From NCBI GenBank assembly GCA_949358305.1, contig OX442314.1:15562001-15626000 (forward strand): a stretch of 64,000 nt of DNA, read 5' to 3'. Of this stretch, positions 15,051-24,434 are shown piece after piece. Every line of letters starts with the position of its first letter. Positions within the stretch are counted from its first letter, which is position 1. The position numbers were made by a program, and so were the translations under genes. The notes below the pieces were generated by a model. The model was not told the origin of the DNA, ran no database searches, and saw nothing but the letters and a program-made list of their open reading frames with translations. Source of the DNA: Strigamia acuminata (lineage: Eukaryota).

Positions 15051-15126
15051 CTGAACAGGTGAGCACAAGAAATGCAGCAGCCATCCATAGAAGGGAGTTG
15101 CGACGGTCGTCCGTGCACAGTTCCAT
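15051..15126 (-). CDS. Probable first coding exon (signal peptide) of a secreted or cell-surface protein gene; downstream exons not identified in the window
   Basis: ATG at 15126 gives MELCTDDRRNSLLWMAAAFLVLTCS(G): a charged n-region then a hydrophobic h-region, ending at a strong phase-1 donor CAG|GTAAGC (GT at 15050-15049). It lies just downstream of a CpG-rich promoter-like block. Too short for the ORF track. Confidence 0.55.
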
Positions 15127-15239
15127 TCTAAACAATCCTTAAGTTCAGAAATAGATTGTTTCTTTTTCTTTCTTCTTTCGCTTTGTCTTAGTGTCCAAAC
15201 AAAAGACGACGAGATCTAAGAGAAAAGTTTAGTTCACTC

Positions 15240-15790
15240 GTGCTCTCATTGCTGAGAAATAAGAATCAGCTTCTCAATCGATGAAATCGAGCGGGCAAAG
15301 ATGAATCTCACGTGCGGCACGACGATGGATTTTCTCCACGTGCTCGTTCCGCAAGCGCCGAGCGACGACTGGCTCACGGCACCACTCGGCCAATGCTCCC
15401 ACCCTCTCTTGGTTATCGATCGGTGGTTGCTGCTAGAACTCAGTGTGAGAGGGACTCGCAAACGGCTGACGCGCAGTCGCTGCACGCAATGCATCCCGGT
15501 CTGGTTCGCAATGCATCATTGGAGAACAGTTTCCGACAGCTTAGCAGTCGACACATGCTGTTAAAATTCGAAAAATCTTGATCATTAAAGTCGGAAACGA
15601 GCGCCCAGAGTACATTTTTGCTATCACGTGACAGCCCCAGCCAATCGTTGCTGAGAGTTCAGTTTTCAATGGAAGGATTGCATCGAGTAACTAGTCTTTC
15701 TCATACCGGGTTGTTCTACGAAGCAGCTGCGAGACTCTCGCGAGATGAACATCGGAATACGCATAACAAAAGGCGGTCGGTTCAAATCTT
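15240..15790 (-). promoter_or_regulatory. CpG/GC-enriched promoter and 5'UTR-like region of the minus-strand gene starting at 15126
   Basis: Local GC and CpG enrichment against an AT-rich background, three CACGTG E-boxes (~15310, ~15337, ~15626), AGCCAATC (~15640) and the palindrome TCTCGCGAGA (15736-15745). TSS not determined. Confidence 0.45.
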
Positions 15791-16519
15791 GTATTCAAAT
15801 CTATTTTTAAAATAATTTTTAAAAAAATTTTTTTTAAAAAAAAGAGTTTTACAAATAAAACAGTAAATTCGTATGAAATTGCAGTACGGATTGAAATACC
15901 AAAGTTCAACGATGAAACACGAACTGAACCTATTTTGATGTTCAACTTGACGTTTATCATTAGTTTAAATATCGCCGTGTTTCTGGTGCACGCAACGGTT
16001 GTATTGTGATTGACATTTATAATTTTTCGATACATCAAAATAGATTTGAAGTTTGAACAAATCCCTACAAGCGCTACAAACTAATACTTTATCGTGATGA
16101 GGATTAACCTTCGTCGGAAGGTCAATGGTTATCGTGCATCCACTGCAAATGTACAGTAATAAAAAAGGCATCAATCGGTGTCTATTCCTCACATTAGGCC
16201 TACGACAAAGGCAAGTTTCGTAACTTTAGCCATAAAACCTAAAAGAAGTAGAATCGATAAATGAATCAGTTCAGAAATCAAGTGCTAGCATTATTCCTGA
16301 CTAGTTTAGTTAGCACTAACTACAAACCTCCGCCAATTTCATCGAGTTCAATTCAAAAATGTTTTAATATCTTACACGCCAAGCCGCCACATTTTCTCAG
16401 GAAGTCTTTGCACTCTCCAATCCGGAAATTGATGCTGCCCTTTAGTGAGCAAATACTGAACTTCATTCCGTGTCAAATTTTAGTGAAAATCAGTTCGTAA
16501 TTTCGTTATTTCACACTCT

Positions 16520-16551
<32 letters not shown>

Positions 16552-17743
16552 AAAAAAAACATAATAAAAATTGCTCATTAAATGTGATTAATTGTTCTGT
16601 CTAACACCTGTAATTAATTAAATCTAGTAGTAAGCATTCCCGAATCTGAAAACAAAACCTGAATCTCCTGAAATTTAGTGACTCAATACATTAATTGAAC
16701 AGTTTATTAGGCAACAAAATGTAAATATAAATAATTTTGACTAAAGACCATTATGGTGTGAATTTCGTCTAAGCGGTTAGTTGTGGGACGCACAAAACAG
16801 ATAATGATCAGTAGGAGGGAAAGCTCTTGGTACAGTTTAATCCTAATTAGTGTGGTTGGACATTTATCTTAATTAAACAGCCATTGCATAAAAAATAAAT
16901 AAAAAGAAGATTCTTACACAACGTCGTGTGAAGTCCCAATACAAAAGCAAGATTGCACAAAAAGATGCGAGTAATTCACACCACTATCAACAGTGAATTT
17001 TAAATGAAAACTTTAACTGTGAAAACTTCTTATTAAATTAAATTTATTGCACGTCAAATTGAATAATCATTCCTCCAATAGCTTAAATTGGCATTTCAAC
17101 CATATTAACACTGATTGAGATGCACCCACAAATAAATCCCAGTGGGATTCATCGCACACGAACCTTAACCACTACTGGACTCCTAATGAGTAAGGGTTAA
17201 CATTTGTTCAAAATGACAGCGCCATTGGCATTTCAACATCCACTAAGTCATACTTTAAAATTACCACAAATGTTTGCGGAAAGAAGAAAGATGGAGATGG
17301 GAAAAAGACAAATGTTAGCGCATGAAGCGGCGCAATCCATTTAACACATAAAAATAGCTTAAATCTCATCTGAGCAAGACTAATTAATTTTTCTAAAAAA
17401 TAACATTTATCTTTTTAATAACCGCAATGAATTTATTGGAGACAAAAAAAACATGTATCAAATGCTACGAACAAGAACAAATCCCCTTATTTCCATTTTC
17501 TCAACCTGAAACGCAAAAAAATGTCCGCTGGCATCGCAAACTCATAGAACTTATACCCTCAAATGGCATCCAATCGCGTGTGCACCCGAGGGAAGAATAG
17601 TAACCATGATGGGTGCCTCGATCACACAGAGATCATTGTGCTTCTATGTAAATGAGGTGGCATCAGGAAAAAAGATAGAAAGATCTGTCAACCACACCAC
17701 ACTCCCCTATTCCCATCTTTTCACTGCAAATCTCATGGCACAT

Positions 17744-18353
17744 TGTGGTGACCACGAGGTCACAAAAGTGTTTTAATTAATCATAACCTAATAAATAGTA
17801 ATTTTAATATTGATAGTAAAATGATTGTCAGATTATTGCGGGAAAATTAGCTATACTAGTTTTACCGTTTCTGCGAGACTGACGTGACAACGTCATAGAT
17901 TTGCATAATTCCCCGAATTTATGCAAATACGTCATTTCCGGTCCAGCCACTATTTAAACCCGTGTCTGACCGGAAACCCCCACTTTATAGATACCAGAGC
18001 AACATTAGCATCACCACCTCACCGTCAGGCCGTTTTACCGGATTGATAGAGGATCGATGCCCGTTGCCAATTACATCTATAAATCAGAGTCACAGATATT
18101 ATCGTAGCAATACTACGATCGTAATATCTCCCGAAGCGAAGCGTTTGCGAACACGTGTTTCGCCAGACGCCATTACCCTAGACAACAGTAGAAGCCACGT
18201 GTAAGACTGCCGTGCAGCAACAAATCGTATCCGCCAGCAAGGATCCGAGACCACATTGTTAAGTATCATTATTGTATTATTACAAGTGTGAAATAAAGGG
18301 TGTTATTAGTAAGATATTGTGTAAGTTTATTTACCGGAATCAAGGTTACGACA
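17744..18353 (+). repeat. 5' LTR (610 bp)
   Basis: Starts TGTGGTGACC and ends GGTTACGACA; no difference from 28632-29241 found by eye. Contains TATTTAAA (17951), TATAAA (18078) and AATAAA (18292-18297). Confidence 0.97.
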
Positions 18354-18355
18354 CG

Positions 18356-18373
18356 TGGGGGCCCGTCCGGGAT
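18356..18373 (+). promoter_or_regulatory. Primer-binding site complementary to the tRNA-Pro 3' end
   Basis: TGGGGGCCCGTCCGGGAT, 2 nt after the LTR, matches 17/18 of the canonical tRNA-Pro PBS TGGGGGCTCGTCCGGGAT (as in MLV). Confidence 0.9.
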
Positions 18374-18438
18374 AGTTTGACTAATCAGACTATTTTAAAT
18401 AAACGTATCTTACGGTTTGACATTTGCAAACTATCGAA

Positions 18439-20982
18439 ATGACGAAAAGCGGGAAAAATCGAAACCCTTCAACCGCAAGCGCCCGAAGAAAAGCCATGGA
18501 ATCCGCCAAGGCAAGGGCCGAAGCATTAGCTAGTCCAGCGTTAGAAAAGCAGCCACCGGAGCCGACGAGGGAAAAGACGACTGGAAAGACACCAGTCAAC
18601 GAAAACCACGCGGAAAAACCACCCGAGAAAGTACCGACCGATAAAACGCCGGCTAGTAAAGTACCCGCTAGCAAAGCCCCAACGAATAAAACGCCAATAA
18701 ACCAGCGAATCGAAGGAGAAGTCGAAGAAGAGGAAGAAGAAGAATCCGAACAAAGTCAGAACGGGTATAACCTATTCGACAATCAGGATAATCGCCAGAG
18801 TAATCGTGTCACGATCACACACGGTTATAATTCGAAGAAATCCCAAATCGATAGCTGTAAAGAAGCGTACGAACTCGCTCGACTGGAGGGAATCCCTTAC
18901 GATGAAGAAGGGGACCCGCTAGCACAGATGAACATGATCATTCGTCTTGCCAAAGAGCGAGCGGAAAAACGAGCCCTTAGAAGGGGTCGAAAAAGCGTAA
19001 AACGTCAAAAAACGAATAACCAAACGACGGACTCCTACGATTCCACCCGAACATCCGACGCCGACGACGAAAGCGAGGCCGATTCCCTCAGCTCGAAAGG
19101 AATCAACGTTCAAGGATGGGATAGTATAGTGAACGAGCCAGTCGAAATCCAGAGCGAATTTCTGGAAGCCTTCCAACAGGACCGTCGAAATAATAAGGGT
19201 CAACAGTCGTGGGCAATCGCCCAATCCTTCGCTACGAGGGCTGGCCACACCAGTCAAACACCAAAGGATCCTAACGCAGAGATGATTAGACTGATAAATC
19301 AGCGAAACCACCTCAGAAACCAGCAAGGACGGAACAGGTTGGCAATGCCAAGCCTCGAGGATATCCAGACGGTACAAGCCAATGTCGACGCCGCGAATGA
19401 GGCGGAGAGAATAAAAATACAAGCCGCCAACGAAGCCGACCGAGAAGCCGCAAGACAAAAAGCACAACTTTACGGCGGGAGAAAGTCGACCATTTTGATC
19501 GGACAGAAGAACGGGGTCCTAACTGGAACAGCCATAAACGGAATTTTCCCCCCCGGAACACAACTGACCGAGTCGCAGCTAAACTCGACAACACCGACCT
19601 TGACCGACCCGAACTCGACCAACGACAATTTCCAACGATTTGCGCCACAAAATGGAGCTACGTCCCCGAACAGTGGGAATCAATACCAAGCCGATCCCAT
19701 AATGGAAGCTAGATTAAGAGCACTCGAGGAACGAGCACGCGCCGACTCCCAGGTCAACCAAAATCGAAATCTGAGAAATCGCCCAAGACAAAACGAGAGC
19801 CTTCTTCGAAAATATTCCACCGATCAATGGGCCTTAGAACAAAAGGACCGAAACATAAAATGGTCACAGTTGCGACTGATGAGATTCGACGGAACTTGGA
19901 GGGCCGGCAATAAATTCTTAGACGAAGTGGCACTCACCATTTCACGACTCGGAGCCGAACCCGACGAGATGGTGGCAAAAGGGCTACCCGAAATGTTAGT
20001 AGGGGAAGCCAGAGCCTGGTATGTGGAAGCAAAATTAAAAACTTGGGAACAGTTTGTCGTCGCTTTCAACAGTCAGTACGGCGAGACACAAAAAGAAATC
20101 AGACAGAGAGTCAGTCTCATGCTACAAGCCTCAGGAGAAGAATTACGAGCCTATTTCCGACGAGCGAAAAGTTTGTTCAACGAGTTGGATACGCCACTCG
20201 ACGAATATGCGCAAAACGTGATTTTCGAAAAGGGGTTAAACGACACCTCGAAGAAAGTACTGAGAGATATGAACGCTCCCACAGCAGATAGTTTCGAACA
20301 GCTGCTAAAATTTGTAAATGACTATCACGAAGAAGTAGACGATCGTTATACGGAAGCCCTGACGCCCGAACAAAGGACACAAACACAACTCCGCATACAG
20401 CGTATCCATGCTAAAAATCATGACGCAGGGAGACTGATCCAGTCGCGTAGCTTCCTGAACGGAGAAATCGAGGCCGCACCGCCGAAAAAGGTGAACGATA
20501 AAGCCACCTCGAACCCGATACCGGCTCCAAAAGCTTACAGAGCCAGTACGAACTCCGACGCAACTAATCTCGAAGAAGGGAGGGAAAGTGAAGACAATAA
20601 CTCCGAGCAGAACTCAGGAGGGGATACCAGCGATAGCCAACAAGAAGAAGAGATTCTCCACGCTAACATGGGGAAAGAAATCGCCCCAAGCTACCGACCC
20701 CGAATGAAGACCGCGAATAAAACGGAGCACCACAATCCAAAAAGCGATAAACCCTACGAGAAAAAAGAGTTCGTGAGACGACCATACCCGAAAACAGATA
20801 ACTCCACCACAAAACCTTGTAATTACTGTAACGAGATGGGACACTGGAGAAGAGATTGTCCAAAACGAAAGAAGAGGAAAGAAGAGAAGGAAGCCGCCAA
20901 AAACGACGCATTGTTAGAAAAGCTAACAGCTAAATTCGAAGAACTGACAAAAAACTGGTTAAAGCAGACAGAAAAAAAATAA
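18439..20982 (+). CDS. gag: Gag polyprotein (847 aa from first ATG) with long N-terminal extension, capsid-like domain and CCHC zinc knuckle
   Basis: First ORF after the PBS. Has a retrotransposon capsid-like segment (RFDGT...LVGEARAWY...TWEQFVVAFNSQY...QASGEELRAYFRR...FEKGL, ~19860-20330) and a CX2CX4HX4C knuckle CNYCNEMGHWRRDC at 20818-20859. Confidence 0.93.
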   Translation: MTKSGKNRNPSTASARRKAMESAKARAEALASPALEKQPPEPTREKTTGKTPVNENHAEKPPEKVPTDKTPASKVPASKAPTNKTPINQRIEGEVEEEEEEESEQSQNGYNLFDNQDNRQSNRVTITHGYNSKKSQIDSCKEAYELARLEGIPYDEEGDPLAQMNMIIRLAKERAEKRALRRGRKSVKRQKTNNQTTDSYDSTRTSDADDESEADSLSSKGINVQGWDSIVNEPVEIQSEFLEAFQQDRRNNKGQQSWAIAQSFATRAGHTSQTPKDPNAEMIRLINQRNHLRNQQGRNRLAMPSLEDIQTVQANVDAANEAERIKIQAANEADREAARQKAQLYGGRKSTILIGQKNGVLTGTAINGIFPPGTQLTESQLNSTTPTLTDPNSTNDNFQRFAPQNGATSPNSGNQYQADPIMEARLRALEERARADSQVNQNRNLRNRPRQNESLLRKYSTDQWALEQKDRNIKWSQLRLMRFDGTWRAGNKFLDEVALTISRLGAEPDEMVAKGLPEMLVGEARAWYVEAKLKTWEQFVVAFNSQYGETQKEIRQRVSLMLQASGEELRAYFRRAKSLFNELDTPLDEYAQNVIFEKGLNDTSKKVLRDMNAPTADSFEQLLKFVNDYHEEVDDRYTEALTPEQRTQTQLRIQRIHAKNHDAGRLIQSRSFLNGEIEAAPPKKVNDKATSNPIPAPKAYRASTNSDATNLEEGRESEDNNSEQNSGGDTSDSQQEEEILHANMGKEIAPSYRPRMKTANKTEHHNPKSDKPYEKKEFVRRPYPKTDNSTTKPCNYCNEMGHWRRDCPKRKKRKEEKEAAKNDALLEKLTAKFEELTKNWLKQTEKK

Positions 20983-20995
20983 TAAATCTGTCTGC
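20949..20995 (+). promoter_or_regulatory. -1 programmed ribosomal frameshift signal (gag-pol)
   Basis: Slippery heptamer A AAA AAC in the gag frame (20949-20955), an 8-nt spacer and a perfect 9-bp stem GCAGACAGA (20964-20972) / TCTGTCTGC (20987-20995). The -1 frame is open from 20934 straight into pol. Confidence 0.85.
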
Positions 20996-23900
20996 ACGCC
21001 CGGAAGACCAAACCCCAAAATTTACCACGAATACGACAATTAACCAAGCAATTAACGAAGTAATTACGGAAGAAGTAGTCAAATTAAAACTCGAATTAAA
21101 AGAGAAAAAATCGAAAGAAATTGAAACAAATAATAAAGAAATTAGCGACTCAAGTTCGGAAGACGAATTAAAAGCCAAATGGATAAACACCAATTGGTTA
21201 GAAAAACAAATAAAAGAATTACAGAGAAAGGTCGTTTATTTCACTACGGCTTACTTCACCACAGAAAAACGCGAATATAGTGGCCCAACCACTAATACGG
21301 CGGACGGCGAAAAAATAGCCGAAATATTCCAAGAATTACCTCACGCCTACGAGGAGGCCCCACCTCGAAAGAAACGCATTTTACATTGTAATTTAGCTAA
21401 AGAGAGGAAGGATTCACTCGCGATGTTAACAATCAAGTTCAATGACAAAAAATTCATCGGTTTATTGGATTCGGGAGCCGACCGGTCCTTCATCTCTTCG
21501 GATCTATACGAGTCTTTGGACAAAAAGCAACGCGACAAACTACGGGGAATAAGCGAAAATGTGGCCGTAAAAACCGCTGCTGGAGAAGTACGTCCAGTAG
21601 GGGTACTAACAACAAAAGTCATATGGGAGGGCGGCGTAATAACCCATCCTTTCATCGTTTTACCAACCTACGACACGGTCCTACTCTTGGGTATGGACAT
21701 CATGGCCATAATGGAGATCCAGCCCAACCCCATAACGAGGTCCTGGAACTATATCGACCAACGCGAGGACCCCCGACTAATGACGGTACCTACCGAACTC
21801 CTGGATTCAAACGACGAAGAGGACGAATGGAAAGGCGGAAATTTGAAGCAATTCGTACAAGATTACGATTTCAAATCTTTTAACGCCCGACTCCAAGAAG
21901 GAAATTTGGCTCACAATTTGGCCATGGACGCGAACCTAGGAGAAACCCAGACTAAATTACTTGAAGAAATGCTACAAAAACATCGAAAAATCCTGACTAA
22001 AGAACCGGGAAAGACAGATTACGTAAAACACGAAATAGAATTAAGTACGGATAAGCCAGTACGAGTTCCATTCAAGGGCATGAACCCCCAAAAACGCGAA
22101 ATCGTCAAGACGATCTGTCAAGACTTACTGGACAAGGGGATAGTGTCCGAGGCACTAGGAGAATACGCGATGAGAATCGTGCTCGTCATGCGTGCAGGAT
22201 CGGAACCCAGACTGTGTATCGATTATCGACCTCTAAACGCCATTACCGTTATCGACCCCGTCCAGATGCCATCAATCGAAGCTATTCTTCGAGAATTAGC
22301 CCCATTTAATTGGGTAACAACGATGGATCTGTCGAAAGGATATTGGCAGGTCGAACTCCGTGCCGAAGACAAAGAAAAAACCGCTTTCTGGTCCCCGATG
22401 GGCAGATTAATGTTTAATGTCATGCCATTTGGCCTAGTGAATGCCCCGGCAACTTTTCAACGATTAATCGAGAAAGTCTTGGGCGACGCGCTACATAAAT
22501 ACGCCTGGGCTTATCTGGACGATATTATTATTGTTTCCCAAACTTTTGACGAACACCTCGGACATATCGACGAAGTAATACGTCGTTTAGCAAAAGCCGG
22601 ACTCCACGTACACCCCGGAAAGAGCCAGTTTTGCCGAAAAGAACTTGCGTTTCTTGGATACAAAGTTGGAGTCAATGGCTTATCCATAGATCCAAAGAAA
22701 GTACGAGCAATCACCGAATTTCCAGCACCTACGGACGTGAAAGGGGTACAACGTTTTTTAGGAATGGTAAATTTCTTCGGCCGACTCCTGCCACATTTAG
22801 CGGAAGTCGCGGCCCCAATCACTGATCTTTTAAAGACTGTCCAGAAAATAAATCCAAAAGAGGACCCGCCGAAAGACCCCGAAATCAAATTTAACTGGAC
22901 CAGCCATTGCGAAGCAGCGTTTGACAAAATCAAACAAATGCTAATCGACACCAAAACCATCCCTCTTCCAGACTTGAATCGCGAATTTATCTTACATACG
23001 GATGCAAGTAAAATCGGATTGGGGGCTGCGTTAATGCAGATGCACGAAATCGACGGTACCCAACAAGAAGTACCCACAATCTTCATCAGCCGGAAGATTC
23101 AAGCCGCCGAGAAAAATTACTCAGCAACCGAGCTCGAATGCTTAGCAATCGTATGGGCAGTCCGAAAATTCAGGCCTTACCTCGAATTCACAAAATTTAC
23201 CGTCCAGACTGACCATCAAGCACTGAGGTGGTTCATGGGCCTTAAAGAACCGTCGGGTCGAATGGCTCGATGGCAATTAGAACTCATGGCTTACGACTTA
23301 CAAATCGAATATAAACCAGGGAAATACAACACAGTCGCCGACGCACTCTCTAGAGCTCCCGCCTCAGAACCCGACGAGCCAGACGACGACGGTGACGACG
23401 ATTCTCGGATAGCTTACTGTCCCACCCCGATCAGGAAGTGGGAATTCAGAAAACAGAATGAACTGCCAAAAGAAAAGTTAGAATCTTCCGATGAAAAATA
23501 CGTCGGATATTGGATGAGGGCATATCAATCGGCAAAAGATGCCAGACCAAATTACGACTTATCCATCGAACCCAGAATCTCGGATAAATTTGTGCGAGCT
23601 TTCGTTGCACACGTGAGTAAAGGCACGAACTGTGTCCCACCTACTCGCGAGGAACTCATCGAAGCTCAGAAGAACGACACCGCCTTCTGTAAAAGGTTCT
23701 ATGACTACTTGACCAACGAGACTTTCCCCAGCGACGTCTACAGCGAAGAATCCAGAGAAGAATTCAAAATTAAGGCATCCGCTTATCTGATAGACGATGG
23801 CCTACTTTTAAAGTACCATCCAAACTTTCGGGACGACTTGACAGAGTCAGGGAGTTCAATTAAAGTCGTAATTCCGAGAAAGGTTCGAACACAAATTCTG

Positions 23901-24191
23901 TGGATGGTACACGGCCACCCTCTAGCCGGACATGCCGGCGTGGCCAGGACTCTCTATCGAGCCAGTCAACTGTACTATTGGCCTGAAATGAGAAGGGACA
24001 TCGTTCGATTTATACGACACTGTCCACGATGCCAAGCCTGCAAGCCTCGAAATAAGGCTAACTACGAGAATTTATCACTTGGACCGTTCGCCCCCTTTGA
24101 TTGTTGGAGCGTAGACCTTATGGGTCCTAAGCAGAGAATAACATCGGGTACCCGTACCCGTACCCGTAACCGTACCCGCCCGTACCCGTAG
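20949..24191 (+). CDS. pol: Pol polyprotein, 5' part: aspartic protease, reverse transcriptase, RNase H and integrase N-terminus; terminates prematurely inside the inserted MITE
   Basis: LLDSGAD protease motif (D at 21468), RT motifs RLCIDYRPLN, MDLSKGYWQV, MPFGLVNAPATFQR and YLDD (22512-22523), RNase H motifs TDASK...YSATELECLAIVWAV...TDHQAL...ADALSR, integrase HHCC (HGHPLAGH...CPRC) and the first catalytic Asp (WSVDLMGP). The frame is open upstream of the listed ATG 21423 back to 20934. Confidence 0.95.
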   Translation, partial: KKLVKADRKKIINLSARPEDQTPKFTTNTTINQAINEVITEEVVKLKLELKEKKSKEIETNNKEISDSSSEDELKAKWINTNWLEKQIKELQRKVVYFTTAYFTTEKREYSGPTTNTADGEKIAEIFQELPHAYEEAPPRKKRILHCNLAKERKDSLAMLTIKFNDKKFIGLLDSGADRSFISSDLYESLDKKQRDKLRGISENVAVKTAAGEVRPVGVLTTKVIWEGGVITHPFIVLPTYDTVLLLGMDIMAIMEIQPNPITRSWNYIDQREDPRLMTVPTELLDSNDEEDEWKGGNLKQFVQDYDFKSFNARLQEGNLAHNLAMDANLGETQTKLLEEMLQKHRKILTKEPGKTDYVKHEIELSTDKPVRVPFKGMNPQKREIVKTICQDLLDKGIVSEALGEYAMRIVLVMRAGSEPRLCIDYRPLNAITVIDPVQMPSIEAILRELAPFNWVTTMDLSKGYWQVELRAEDKEKTAFWSPMGRLMFNVMPFGLVNAPATFQRLIEKVLGDALHKYAWAYLDDIIIVSQTFDEHLGHIDEVIRRLAKAGLHVHPGKSQFCRKELAFLGYKVGVNGLSIDPKKVRAITEFPAPTDVKGVQRFLGMVNFFGRLLPHLAEVAAPITDLLKTVQKINPKEDPPKDPEIKFNWTSHCEAAFDKIKQMLIDTKTIPLPDLNREFILHTDASKIGLGAALMQMHEIDGTQQEVPTIFISRKIQAAEKNYSATELECLAIVWAVRKFRPYLEFTKFTVQTDHQALRWFMGLKEPSGRMARWQLELMAYDLQIEYKPGKYNTVADALSRAPASEPDEPDDDGDDDSRIAYCPTPIRKWEFRKQNELPKEKLESSDEKYVGYWMRAYQSAKDARPNYDLSIEPRISDKFVRAFVAHVSKGTNCVPPTREELIEAQKNDTAFCKRFYDYLTNETFPSDVYSEESREEFKIKASAYLIDDGLLLKYHPNFRDDLTESGSSIKVVIPRKVRTQILWMVHGHPLAGHAGVARTLYRASQLYYWPEMRRDIVRFIRHCPRCQACKPRNKANYENLSLGPFAPFDCWSVDLMGPKQRITSGTRTRTRNRTRPYP

Positions 24192-24434
24192 GGTACGGGC
24201 GGGTACGGTTATAGATCTCCCGCGACTCCCGGTTACGGGTCGGGTACGGGTACGTTTTTTGTTCGTTTTTTGTACGTTTTTTGTCCTGCTGGCCACGTAA
24301 TCGCGGGTACGGGTAGGGTAGGGTAGGGGGATTCCGGGATAGCCCGGGTACGGGCGGGTACGGGTACGAAATTGTTTCGGTGACGGGTAACGGGCGGGTA
24401 ACGGGTAAACTTTTTTCGCCAATGTTATTCTCTG
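24132..24434. mobile_element. 303-bp non-autonomous hAT-superfamily element (MITE) inserted in the integrase core
   Basis: Perfect 13-bp TIRs CAGAGAATAACAT (24132-24144) and ATGTTATTCTCTG (24422-24434). Perfect 8-bp TSD GTCCTAAG (24124-24131 and 24435-24442) fitting nTnnnnAn. Many CCCGTA / TACGGG subterminal repeats in opposite orientations. Confidence 0.92.

Noticed and set aside
17962..18204. 80-aa ORF duplicated at 28850-29092
   Set aside because: It is simply LTR sequence (GTG start, no recognisable motif); the duplication reflects the LTRs.
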